NCBI GenBank assembly: GCA_043816305.1
Contig: JBDRHZ010000001.1
Span: forward strand, 839 to 64,838
Direction: 5' to 3'
From: Patescibacteria group bacterium
GTDB lineage: Bacteria > Patescibacteriota > Dojkabacteria > JAHIVN01
DNA: 64,000 nt
Shown piece by piece: positions 38,453 to 47,480 of this stretch; positions within the stretch are counted from its first letter, which is position 1; each line of letters begins with the position of its first letter. Below the pieces are notes generated by a model. That model made no database searches. It saw only the letters and a program-made list of their open reading frames with translations, and had not been told where the DNA came from. The translations under genes were made by a program, and so were the position numbers.

Positions 38453-38777
38453 ATTGAGCAATGGTTAATGCAGGAGTAAAGGCTTATTATGATCCTTTAA
38501 TTAATATCTTCTATTCACTAGATAACCATTTCACTACTTAACTACTGCACCTCTCCGCTTCTCTACTTGCTGTTAGCTGTCCGTTATTTACTATCCGCTT
38601 TCTTGACATACTTCGTCCTATACCCAGTATTCTCATCTGACCTTAGCTTCTATTTAATAATAGTTTCAACATCAAGAGAAACATCTTTAGTATTTACTTT
38701 AAATCTTGTTAATATTATCATAACCGGATATAAAGGTAGACTTATAACTGTTATACTTATTTTGTGAGAAAGGCAAG

Positions 38778-39389
38778 ATGCAAAAAATAATTTTAAAATA
38801 CTTAAACATAGGAAATGCTGCACTTTTATTAATTGGAATAACTTTATGCATAGTACTTGCAGCTGATAATTACTGGATCAAAGACTCATATAGCTATCTC
38901 GGAACATATCCGAGGGGAAGGATTCCTTTCACCTCTCTTCTGATAATTCTAGCTGTTATCAACGGAGTATTTATATTTCAAACAATTGCTGCTTTCGAAA
39001 GAGCATATTCCAGTAAAATAATTCCACATTCCCGGATGAAGTCATTAAGAATCATATTCACATTGGATTTCATATGTCTCTCGATCGCCGGTATAATACC
39101 GATGAACCAGCAGCTTTCGTTTCATACTGTAGGCGGGATTTTGTATTTCGCACTTTACCCATTTGGAATCTATATATTTAGTAAAATTACGCAAGAAATA
39201 AATCCTAAATTTTCACGTATTTCCAGGAATATCAGCCTCTTGTATTCAATTGGAAGCATCTTTTTCCTGCTTGCTTTTCGAAGTGTCGTTCCAGTTGAGA
39301 CCTTCTGTATCATGCTTATCGCAGTTTGGACCTTTTTCTTGAATCGATTAGTTCTAAACATCTTTCGCTCACAGAAGAGAGTTAAATAA
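38778..39389 (+). CDS. integral membrane protein, unknown function
   Basis: 203 aa with about 6 hydrophobic helices. Confidence 0.6.
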   Translation: MQKIILKYLNIGNAALLLIGITLCIVLAADNYWIKDSYSYLGTYPRGRIPFTSLLIILAVINGVFIFQTIAAFERAYSSKIIPHSRMKSLRIIFTLDFICLSIAGIIPMNQQLSFHTVGGILYFALYPFGIYIFSKITQEINPKFSRISRNISLLYSIGSIFFLLAFRSVVPVETFCIMLIAVWTFFLNRLVLNIFRSQKRVK

Positions 39390-39419
39390 TCTTCCCCTTT
39401 CTGATAGAATCAGCCTATC

Positions 39420-40520
39420 ATGAAAATAGCACTCATAGCCCCGCATATATTTATGTGGGATAAAGTTTTGAAAGACAATATATTTGCTCCAGGAGATCAA
39501 GCAATCTTACTAGCCGATGGCCTTGTAAGCAGAGGGAATGAAGTTACACTTTATTCGGCTGGTCCTGTCAGAACTAAAGCAAGAAATGTACACATTGACC
39601 TGCAAAGCATCGAAGAAGAAGTAAAAAAACATGGGAATTTGCCTGAGCTAATAAAGTCGGACATTGAAACATTCAGGAAACTCTTTAAGGTCATCAAACT
39701 CGAAATTCTTGCAATGGCTTTTGCACAAAGTGAGAAGTTTGACATCCTGCATGTTTACATCACAAATGGACATGAGGGACCAATATTTTCTCAAGGTCTA
39801 AAAAGACCTATACTTTTCACCTTGCATGATTCCTTCAAGCTAAACTTCCCAAACCCAGAAAGCTACAAGCTTATCAAGAACGTGAAATTTTCTGCAATTA
39901 GTGACAATCAGAGATCACAGATTCCTGAACTAAATATAGTCGGCACAGTTCAAAATGGTATTGAAACGGATAAGTTCTTGTATAAAGGAAAGCCGGATAA
40001 ATACTTTCTAAGTTATGGCAGAATCATCAAACCAAAGGGCGTTCATCATGCTATCAACGTCTGTAAGAAAACAGGAGAAAATCTCAAAATTGCAGGGCTT
40101 CACTACGAAGGCCACGGAGGCGATAACTACTGGAGCACCAAAGTCGAACCACATATAGATCAAAAACAGATATCATATGCTGGCTATATTAAAGGTCAAA
40201 TAAATAAGAACAAAATCTTTGGAAAGGCAAAAGCGCTGCTTTTTCCGATTGAATGGGAGGAACCTTTCGGCCTGGTACTTTTAGAGGCAAATGCCTGCGG
40301 GACACCAGTTATAGCTTTCAATAGAGGCTCTGTCCCTGAGATCATCAAAAATGGGATAAATGGATTTGTGGTCAAGAATGAAAAAGAAATGATCGAAAAG
40401 ATGGCAATAATAGATACAATTGACAGAAATAAATGTCGTGAATATGTTGAGAAGAATTTTACAGTCGAGAAAATGGTAGATGGATATGAAAAACTATACA
40501 CTAGAATTATCGGAAGTTAG
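39420..40520 (+). CDS. GT-B fold glycosyltransferase (GT4-like)
   Basis: Contains the C-terminal EX7E region LFPIEWEEPFGLVLLEANACGTPVIAFNRGSVPEII. Confidence 0.85.
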   Translation: MKIALIAPHIFMWDKVLKDNIFAPGDQAILLADGLVSRGNEVTLYSAGPVRTKARNVHIDLQSIEEEVKKHGNLPELIKSDIETFRKLFKVIKLEILAMAFAQSEKFDILHVYITNGHEGPIFSQGLKRPILFTLHDSFKLNFPNPESYKLIKNVKFSAISDNQRSQIPELNIVGTVQNGIETDKFLYKGKPDKYFLSYGRIIKPKGVHHAINVCKKTGENLKIAGLHYEGHGGDNYWSTKVEPHIDQKQISYAGYIKGQINKNKIFGKAKALLFPIEWEEPFGLVLLEANACGTPVIAFNRGSVPEIIKNGINGFVVKNEKEMIEKMAIIDTIDRNKCREYVEKNFTVEKMVDGYEKLYTRIIGS

Positions 40521-40587
40521 ATATTTGGCATCCCCAAACCCAAATTACTTGATTACCTGATTACCAAATCATCTGCTTATCTGTTAT

Positions 40588-42195
40588 CTATTTGCCAATT
40601 TCTTTCCAGTCTGTATCCTGAATATAAATCTTCCCATTCTTTAAGCACCACTCCGCCTTTGTAAGTTCTGAGGCAATATCGGCAACATGACCATCCGTCG
40701 AAAACACATCATTTGACATGAGTTTATCCATCAATCGAAGAGCTGCTTTCGAAAGAGTGCCGTCAATTCGATACTCATCAAGCTGCTTGTTACCATCAGG
40801 CGTCATATGCCTTGCTACTATTTCTTTACCTTGAATCTCAATAATAACAGTACTCATCGGGTCCGGTCTGCAAAATACTCTGTTTTTGTATCTTGAGATA
40901 ATTTTGCTCGCCTTTGCATAGTTTGATTCATAAATCTGTGCACAGTTCGAAATGGTTGTTAAGTAACCAGGTTTTTTGCCAATTCTTTCTGCGAAATCGA
41001 ATTGAAGCTTTCTGAGTGCAAAAGCATTCCTCGGCCAGGCATCAAACATATCATTACTTCTGAAATATGCCGTTAAGTGAAGCTTTTTGCTACGATAAGT
41101 AAATTGAAGCAAGGCCATACACGGCACATTTCCGCTGCCAGCTTTTTGCTCCTGATTATTCACTGTCTGCTGTTTGCTGTACGCTGTTTGCTTCTTGTCA
41201 CTCATCCAGCCTTCCTTCACATTATCTACCCAAGGATTCCAGATAGCGACAACCATCCCTCTATCCTCGTGATAGCGCTTAAATTTATCATACACCTCCT
41301 CAAGCTGATCGAGTCCTGACTTAACTGATCGCTGATTGCTGACAGCTGAAAGCTTCCTCAATAACTTCTGGTTTTTCTCTGCATTAAACTCACCAATAGG
41401 TAATCCAACCGGATAAGAATAAATTCTCTCCCCATAGTTATAACTCTCGCTACCCTTACTCGGATTGAAGAAGTCTTTGTAATAAATCTCTAGATCTTTC
41501 TTGCTGAAATCAAAGACGTCGGAAAGCTCTGGATCATAGGGGCCTTCCTTTTCGACAACTGTGACAACATTTACCAGTTCCTTTATCTCACCAATCTTGA
41601 TCATCCCCTTCCTCGATCCAAACTTCATTATTTTTCGAAGAATTTGAACCCATGCCTCCCATATATAGTCAGCTCTGATGTTAAATGTAGATTTCTCAGA
41701 TGGGAATTTTTCAGCAGCACTAAATACTGACTCATTAAATTTCCTTGGCTTTGCCCAGGGCTTAGCTGATTTGCTGATTAGCCGATCAGCTATTTGGCTT
41801 ATGTCTGTCTTTCCCCGCACATCTATAACTTCCACATTCTTCCTAAAGTCCTCAATGACCGATTTATCTATCTCCTTTTGAATTTCACACTTCTTGTCAC
41901 CTACAACTCTATAATCATCGTCAATACCATTCTTCATAAACTTCATAAATGCCTCACCGCTTTCACTCCTATCTGTTCCGCAAAGGACAATTTTGTTAAT
42001 AACAGGATTTGCAAGAATATTTCTAACGATGAAGTTGATACCTCGCTTTGAATAAAGCTGTCCTCCCAAAGCATAATTTGCAGTCTTCAGCTCATCGAGA
42101 ATTTGATTTTTTGGCGTCCAAAGCGTACATATCCCGACATTGCTTTTGGGATTTCCTATACTTAAAACGTCTTTGTAGTAAATAGGCCAATTCAT
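40588..42195 (-). CDS. thymidylate synthase (ThyA)-like protein with N- and C-terminal extra domains
   Basis: The core has VPCMALLQFTYRSKKLHLTAYFRSNDMFDAWPRNAFAL, a ThyA-type active-site Cys and RS-D motif arrangement. It carries a ~150 aa N-terminal domain and a ~100 aa C-terminal domain of unclear family. Confidence 0.6.
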   Translation of the reverse strand: MNWPIYYKDVLSIGNPKSNVGICTLWTPKNQILDELKTANYALGGQLYSKRGINFIVRNILANPVINKIVLCGTDRSESGEAFMKFMKNGIDDDYRVVGDKKCEIQKEIDKSVIEDFRKNVEVIDVRGKTDISQIADRLISKSAKPWAKPRKFNESVFSAAEKFPSEKSTFNIRADYIWEAWVQILRKIMKFGSRKGMIKIGEIKELVNVVTVVEKEGPYDPELSDVFDFSKKDLEIYYKDFFNPSKGSESYNYGERIYSYPVGLPIGEFNAEKNQKLLRKLSAVSNQRSVKSGLDQLEEVYDKFKRYHEDRGMVVAIWNPWVDNVKEGWMSDKKQTAYSKQQTVNNQEQKAGSGNVPCMALLQFTYRSKKLHLTAYFRSNDMFDAWPRNAFALRKLQFDFAERIGKKPGYLTTISNCAQIYESNYAKASKIISRYKNRVFCRPDPMSTVIIEIQGKEIVARHMTPDGNKQLDEYRIDGTLSKAALRLMDKLMSNDVFSTDGHVADIASELTKAEWCLKNGKIYIQDTDWKEIGK

Positions 42196-42508
42196 ATTAA
42201 ATACGTTCTAACGATCATAATTTACCCTTTACAAAAGAGTATACACTATTCCAAAAATTTCTTCAGTCTATTTAAATTGACATTTAAATTATTGAGGAGT
42301 ATTCTACATACAATCAACACATCTTCCGGCCAATAGACTACTGTAATAATTTCAGGGAAAATAATGATGTCAAGAAGTAACAAATTATATCTTAAGAACT
42401 ACAACTTCAGATAATTTTACTTTATTAACTCAAATACTTATAATGACCTAGGAGCGGATATATGAATTCAAATCAGAGTGTTAGATATAATATCATTTCA
42501 AAATAGCT

Positions 42509-43231
42509 ATGTTTTATGATGATGATGAAACAGCTTCACCACATCCAATGGGAGCACCGGTCTGGCTAGTTAGTGAAGAGACAGCAATTATTCAAAATCA
42601 CGGTCAAGAAATGCTTTTCACTGTTCAAGAAGTTCTCAAAAGATGGGGCAGACTCACCTTTTGGACATTAGATATGCGGCAAGGGTATGCGACTGAGGCA
42701 CCATTTTTACTCACTCCATACGGGTTTGACCCAACTAGGTCTGAAACACTCAACGAGACTATTGCCCTATCTACTTTAGGGAGGGAGCCAATAGAAGAAA
42801 TCGTAGCTATTGATAGAGAACTTGAAGTTGAACTACCAGATCTACCGCCCGCACAAAGACGTCTTACAGCTTTTGGTATACGTATTTACAGAGAGACGGA
42901 AAGAGAACTCGAAAGAGTTCTTAGAAGATTTCCTAGACAGGAGAGGGGAAAAGTCTTAAGAGAGATAAGAGATATCTTTGGAATAATAGATGCTGAAACT
43001 ACGCAATCCATTGCAAAGGGGCGGATACATCGTATGAGTGACAATTCTCATGCTCATGATGGAAAAGTCCCCGATCACGTAGACACAGCAGTTCATGCCA
43101 GATTTGAGGAGTTGGACCTGAGATGGTTATACAGAAACCATCAAAAACATACTGCTTTAGCGGATGTAATATCCGATGAAGTGCCCACCAGTCTTCAAGT
43201 TATACAAAAAAGCAGATTAGATTCCCACTAA
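42509..43231 (+). CDS. hypothetical protein (240 aa), compositionally atypical orphan
   Basis: Long ORF preceded by a 313-bp AT-rich spacer with TTGACA-17-TATTCT. It is rich in R/E/L/T/P and poor in K/N. No motif recognised. Confidence 0.6.
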   Translation: MFYDDDETASPHPMGAPVWLVSEETAIIQNHGQEMLFTVQEVLKRWGRLTFWTLDMRQGYATEAPFLLTPYGFDPTRSETLNETIALSTLGREPIEEIVAIDRELEVELPDLPPAQRRLTAFGIRIYRETERELERVLRRFPRQERGKVLREIRDIFGIIDAETTQSIAKGRIHRMSDNSHAHDGKVPDHVDTAVHARFEELDLRWLYRNHQKHTALADVISDEVPTSLQVIQKSRLDSH

Positions 43232-43240
43232 CTTGCTTCT

Positions 43241-44377
43241 TCACGATAAACATCTTGCAACATCTTTCAAACCATTCACTTTGCTCATCTTTACCCTCAT
43301 CTTCTTCGCTCCTTCAAAGCCTGAAAAGTAACTCATCAAATGCTTCCGCATCTCATAAAACCTCTTCTCTCCCTTATACTCAACATATAACTTCGCATGC
43401 TCCAGGACAATTTTACCTGCTTCTGAGATTTGAGTTTTCCAGCCAGAGGCTGGCTTGCCTGCCTCTTGGCATGGTCCCTGTCTGCGCAGGCAGGCGCCTT
43501 TGGCGGAGACATTTGAGTTATTAAATATTACTGCGGGTTCAATGTCTCCTGACTTGAACCCAACTTTTTCCTCAACTCTAAATACCGACGGTTTCCCGAC
43601 CGCACCTCTGCCAATCATAACACCACTACACCCTGTCTGCTTGAACATTTTTTGAGCATCGGCAAAACTCTTTACATCTCCATTCCCGATAATCGGTACT
43701 TTCGATACTTTAACAGCTCGTTTGATAGCGCCCCAATCCGCCTCCCCCTTGTAAGCCTGTTTAAAAGTTCTTGCGTGCAATGAAATAAAGTCAGGTTTTA
43801 CTTTATTTAAAGTTTCGATCCATTCCTCCGTGATATCTTCATCGTAACCCGTACGTGTTTTAATAGAAATTGTAATCTCCCTGCTTTGATCCTCCTTGAT
43901 ATTCCACTCTTTTTTCTTCTTTTCGATTAGATCAACTAGATCATTTTGATCACTTAATCTTTCCCTATAATCAGCAACCGCCTGCTTCACAGCTTTGATA
44001 ATATCTAATGCTAATTCCGGCTCTCTGATCAATGCCGCTCCTCCTCCTTTTCCGGCAATATTCTTTGCCGGGCAGCCCATATTGATATCAATCCCATCAA
44101 AGCCAAGCTTACAAACAACTAAAGCTGCTTGGTAAAAGTACTCAGGCTCCCTACCGAAAAGCTGAGCTGCAATCGGCCTTTGAATTTCCGTGTAACGAAG
44201 AATATCAACCAGCTTATCTGTTGCCCGAATGAGTCCCTGGGCATTCACAAACTCAGTAAAAAGAAGATCTGGATTTCCGTATTTCTTGACTATCTCACGA
44301 AAGGCACAGTCAGTGTAGCCGTCCATAGGAGCAAGAGCGAGAATTTGTTTTTTGTTTTTTAGAAGATTCTTTATCAT
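43241..44377 (-). CDS. dus: tRNA-dihydrouridine synthase with in-frame GC-rich insertion
   Basis: Contains LAPMDGYTDCAFR, DINMGCP, ISIKTR and ISLHART. An extra segment, SAKGACLRRQGPCQEAGKPASGW, is encoded by the palindromic element at 43441-43510. Confidence 0.9.
   Translation of the reverse strand: MIKNLLKNKKQILALAPMDGYTDCAFREIVKKYGNPDLLFTEFVNAQGLIRATDKLVDILRYTEIQRPIAAQLFGREPEYFYQAALVVCKLGFDGIDINMGCPAKNIAGKGGGAALIREPELALDIIKAVKQAVADYRERLSDQNDLVDLIEKKKKEWNIKEDQSREITISIKTRTGYDEDITEEWIETLNKVKPDFISLHARTFKQAYKGEADWGAIKRAVKVSKVPIIGNGDVKSFADAQKMFKQTGCSGVMIGRGAVGKPSVFRVEEKVGFKSGDIEPAVIFNNSNVSAKGACLRRQGPCQEAGKPASGWKTQISEAGKIVLEHAKLYVEYKGEKRFYEMRKHLMSYFSGFEGAKKMRVKMSKVNGLKDVARCLS
43441..43510. repeat. 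GC-rich palindromic (REP/MITE-like) element inside dus coding sequence
   Basis: Contains CCAGCC-AGA-GGCTGG (43441-43455), then GCCTGCC...GGCAGGC (43459-43497). About 65-70% GC in a ~36% GC gene. It shares ttgcctgcctct(t)ggca with the intergenic copy at 25771-25788. Confidence 0.7.
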
Positions 44378-44386
44378 AAATTGATC

Positions 44387-45136
44387 TTAAGGTTTCAACT
44401 CTCTCACAATATCCTCAACAACTTCCTCTGCCTTATCAACACAAACTCTATGTTTGCCATCTAATAAAAATGCTTTAATATCAGAAAAACTTTGCTTAAT
44501 GACTTCAAAGCTTTTTATAGGCAGCACTCCATCATCCTTGCCCCAGAATAACAGGGTCTTATCTTTTACGGACATCATATCCATCTTAAGATCAAAAGAA
44601 TTAAACATGTCGGATACTTTTGACAAATCTCCAAAATGTTTAGAAAGATTAATAATTTTATCTCGATAAGCGTCACTCTTATTTTTTCTGAATATATTCT
44701 TAAGAATCAATCGAAAATCAGAGTAAATAACATACAAAATAGCACCATTAAGCTTTTTCATCTTCGCTCCCGCCGGAGAAAAAAGCACTAATTCTTTAAA
44801 ATGCTCTGGATGGGAGGCCTTTGTCTTTATCGCAATTGCTCCTCCAAAAGAATGTCCTGACAAAATTGGATGTATTCTCAATTTTTTCACAAATTCAGAC
44901 ACTAACTCCGCGTAATTTTCAAGTTCCCACCTCTTTGGTATCTTGGAAGAATTCCCCGCTCCAGGATATGAGAATGCCCACACACGGAAATGCTTTGCCA
45001 GCTCATTAATAAGTGGGAAATAGCTCCTATAACTGACACCGCCGCCATGGAGGAAGAGGAAATCAGGACCAGAACCGAGAGTAATATATTCGATATCTAA
45101 ACCTTTAATTTGGGTAAATTCCTCTTTCATATTCAA
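44387..45136 (-). CDS. alpha/beta hydrolase
   Basis: Contains FLFLHGGG, the nucleophile elbow SGHSFGG, and C-terminal D and H residues (GKDDG, LDGKH). Confidence 0.85.
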   Translation of the reverse strand: MNMKEEFTQIKGLDIEYITLGSGPDFLFLHGGGVSYRSYFPLINELAKHFRVWAFSYPGAGNSSKIPKRWELENYAELVSEFVKKLRIHPILSGHSFGGAIAIKTKASHPEHFKELVLFSPAGAKMKKLNGAILYVIYSDFRLILKNIFRKNKSDAYRDKIINLSKHFGDLSKVSDMFNSFDLKMDMMSVKDKTLLFWGKDDGVLPIKSFEVIKQSFSDIKAFLLDGKHRVCVDKAEEVVEDIVRELKP

Positions 45137-45302
45137 GTCAGTTAGTAGTGAAATAGTTTAATAGCAAATCGTTGTTTAGACACTAAAAGCTGGTTCAATT
45201 TAATACAAGTACTCTTATTTTAAGTTACGATTCATTTACAAAACCATACTTTTAAACAATTAGAAACGTAGCTCCTGCTTTGAACCAATCTATTCAGTAC
45301 TG

Positions 45303-46253
45303 CTAAACTACTACCCGCTTGAGCTTCACACCACTCGCCTCCAGCACCTTGTATCCGATCGTATTCCCAAGATTGTGATCCTGAGCATAAACGACTTTTC
45401 TGATCGGAGTCCTCGCAAGCATCTTAGCACAAACGGGGCACGGAAAAATATTCATATATAAAGAGGTGTTTTCTAATCGAATCCTTTCACGTCTAGCAAC
45501 TTCAAGCATTTCTACTTCGGCATGATTTGTCAGATGCGTTTCGATCATTTCTTGAGCCGGAACTTGAAATTTTTCACGAATCGATCCATCGTGCATCTGA
45601 TAGGCTTGATAAGACATCACACGGTTATGTGTCAGGGCGAGAATTCTCCCGTTTCGAACTAGAGCTGCCGTTGGCTGACCGCACCAGTCCCAGGAGTGTC
45701 TTCGTTTCTTTTCTAGAATCTGAAATATTTCGCGATCTGAATACTTCTTCGTTTTTGAATATAACTTTTCAGCCTCGTAATTTTCTTCTATTTTCTTTGT
45801 AAATCTTTTTGCCTCTGCTTCATTTACAAATGGGCTTTTCAACTCAATCTTAGCTCCGACGCTTACCGCTTCCCAGAATTCTTTCCTATAATGAATCTGC
45901 TGAAACCAGGAGCCATTGATAAATACTACAACCTTTGGCTTGAGCTCACGAATGATATATTTAAGATCTTTTTGGAAATGACTTAGAATTGCAGGCTTTT
46001 CGATTGGTCGGCTCTTCGGCTTATTTAATTCTTCAATCTTCAGCGGAGAAAACTGTAAAAATCCTTCGAGCCCAGGTATCCATTCATCCTTGAGACAACC
46101 AAAGAGTAATTGACATTCGCTAAGTTCGCTTATTAGTTCCCTAACTCGTTTGTCGCTCATCTGTACCGGCCCAGCCACAAAAGCCAGCTTTCTTGAACCA
46201 GTCAGCTTCTTTTTATCTTTATCATTTAGTTTGTTCCAGTCTAATATTTTCAT
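45303..46253 (-). CDS. dCMP/cytidine deaminase-fold protein with ~200 aa N-terminal extension
   Basis: The C-terminal zinc motifs are HAEVEM and PCPVCAKM. The first ATG (MKILDW) is at 46253, and the track start is a TTG. Confidence 0.75.
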   Translation of the reverse strand: MKILDWNKLNDKDKKKLTGSRKLAFVAGPVQMSDKRVRELISELSECQLLFGCLKDEWIPGLEGFLQFSPLKIEELNKPKSRPIEKPAILSHFQKDLKYIIRELKPKVVVFINGSWFQQIHYRKEFWEAVSVGAKIELKSPFVNEAEAKRFTKKIEENYEAEKLYSKTKKYSDREIFQILEKKRRHSWDWCGQPTAALVRNGRILALTHNRVMSYQAYQMHDGSIREKFQVPAQEMIETHLTNHAEVEMLEVARRERIRLENTSLYMNIFPCPVCAKMLARTPIRKVVYAQDHNLGNTIGYKVLEASGVKLKRVVV

Positions 46254-46430
46254 GATGCTATGAGTATACTTAACAACCCGAGAATACGAAAAAAGAAGCA
46301 ACAAGTCAATCTTCTTCCTTTTTCAAAATCATTCAAGAATAATTCAAGATTTTTTCAGTTATTAAGTTTCTATTTCTCTTATAATGCAATCAGTTTACCT
46401 GCCCCGGTATTTTAGATTACTTTTAATCAT

Positions 46431-47429
46431 ATGGAAGATTTACTCGACCTTGATCCACAAGCGCGTCAAACAATACAGGAACAATGGCGAGCCCTATCTG
46501 AACAGCCTCTCGGTCCCGCCGAAATGGATCAAAGAGTCCTAGCAGAGTTAGCAGCTCAAGGTATAGAATCAGCAAAAGTTATTATCGAGCAAACTGGAGT
46601 GGGCCTGCCTCTAATACCAAGACTTCTTCAGGAATATAACTCAAGCCTATTATTTGCATCAGCGATGAATCAAGATCCTTCTAGAGTACAGGCTCTAGAG
46701 GCCTTACTATCAGCGCAGCCTGATCTAGCTCAGCTGGCAAGGGCAACACTGAACTCCCTAGCCCCGGGGATTCAAAGCTTTGGTCCTTTAGACGGAGGCT
46801 ATACAATCCGATTAGGCCAAGAAGCTATTAGTCTGCAAGGATGGGAACTAATTACGAGGATTGAGCAGTTAGGAAAAATTGATTTCACTATTGAAAACAT
46901 CCACATCACACACGAAGGGCCAGACTGGAGATCTGTAAGCAGTCTTTTCGCTGTTCAGGCTGTACTTCACTTATTTAAAGAAGTTGATAAATTCTTAACT
47001 GATGACACGAGGAATATTTTGTATATACCCACTGTTCTTAGGCCGGATGATGCACTTTGGAGTAATGGACATGCTTATGCCTACAACTTCAAAGCCTTAC
47101 AGCATTGGGTTTCGTTCTACGCTACTTGGAAAGCAATAGAGGTATATACCACTCCAGACGATTTAAGAGCAAAGTCAGGCGAAGGGAAAAGAATCCTAGT
47201 CCTAGACGAGAGCGATTACAACTTTCCTCTATCCCCTGTTGAAGCACTTGAAGACAGAACAAAACCTACCTCAGACTGGAAGAGTGCAGTGTATCGTATC
47301 CTAGACTTTTCAGCTGTTATGAGATCTTTAAAGATTATCTTTCCTGTAAGATTGTTCAGAAGATTTAGAGGAACTTGGGTATTTGACCCACCTAATGAAG
47401 TTGAACCTCCGGAGACCATGGTTTTTTAG
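46431..47429 (+). CDS. hypothetical protein (332 aa), compositionally atypical orphan
   Basis: Long ORF whose first 60 nt are about 45% GC, versus about 32% for ychF. It is A/L/Q/E/P rich. No motif recognised. Confidence 0.6.
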   Translation: MEDLLDLDPQARQTIQEQWRALSEQPLGPAEMDQRVLAELAAQGIESAKVIIEQTGVGLPLIPRLLQEYNSSLLFASAMNQDPSRVQALEALLSAQPDLAQLARATLNSLAPGIQSFGPLDGGYTIRLGQEAISLQGWELITRIEQLGKIDFTIENIHITHEGPDWRSVSSLFAVQAVLHLFKEVDKFLTDDTRNILYIPTVLRPDDALWSNGHAYAYNFKALQHWVSFYATWKAIEVYTTPDDLRAKSGEGKRILVLDESDYNFPLSPVEALEDRTKPTSDWKSAVYRILDFSAVMRSLKIIFPVRLFRRFRGTWVFDPPNEVEPPETMVF

Positions 47430-47480
47430 ACTCAATTCAATAAAAAGTTTATTTTGAAAAATTACAGCCAGGAACAGTAC

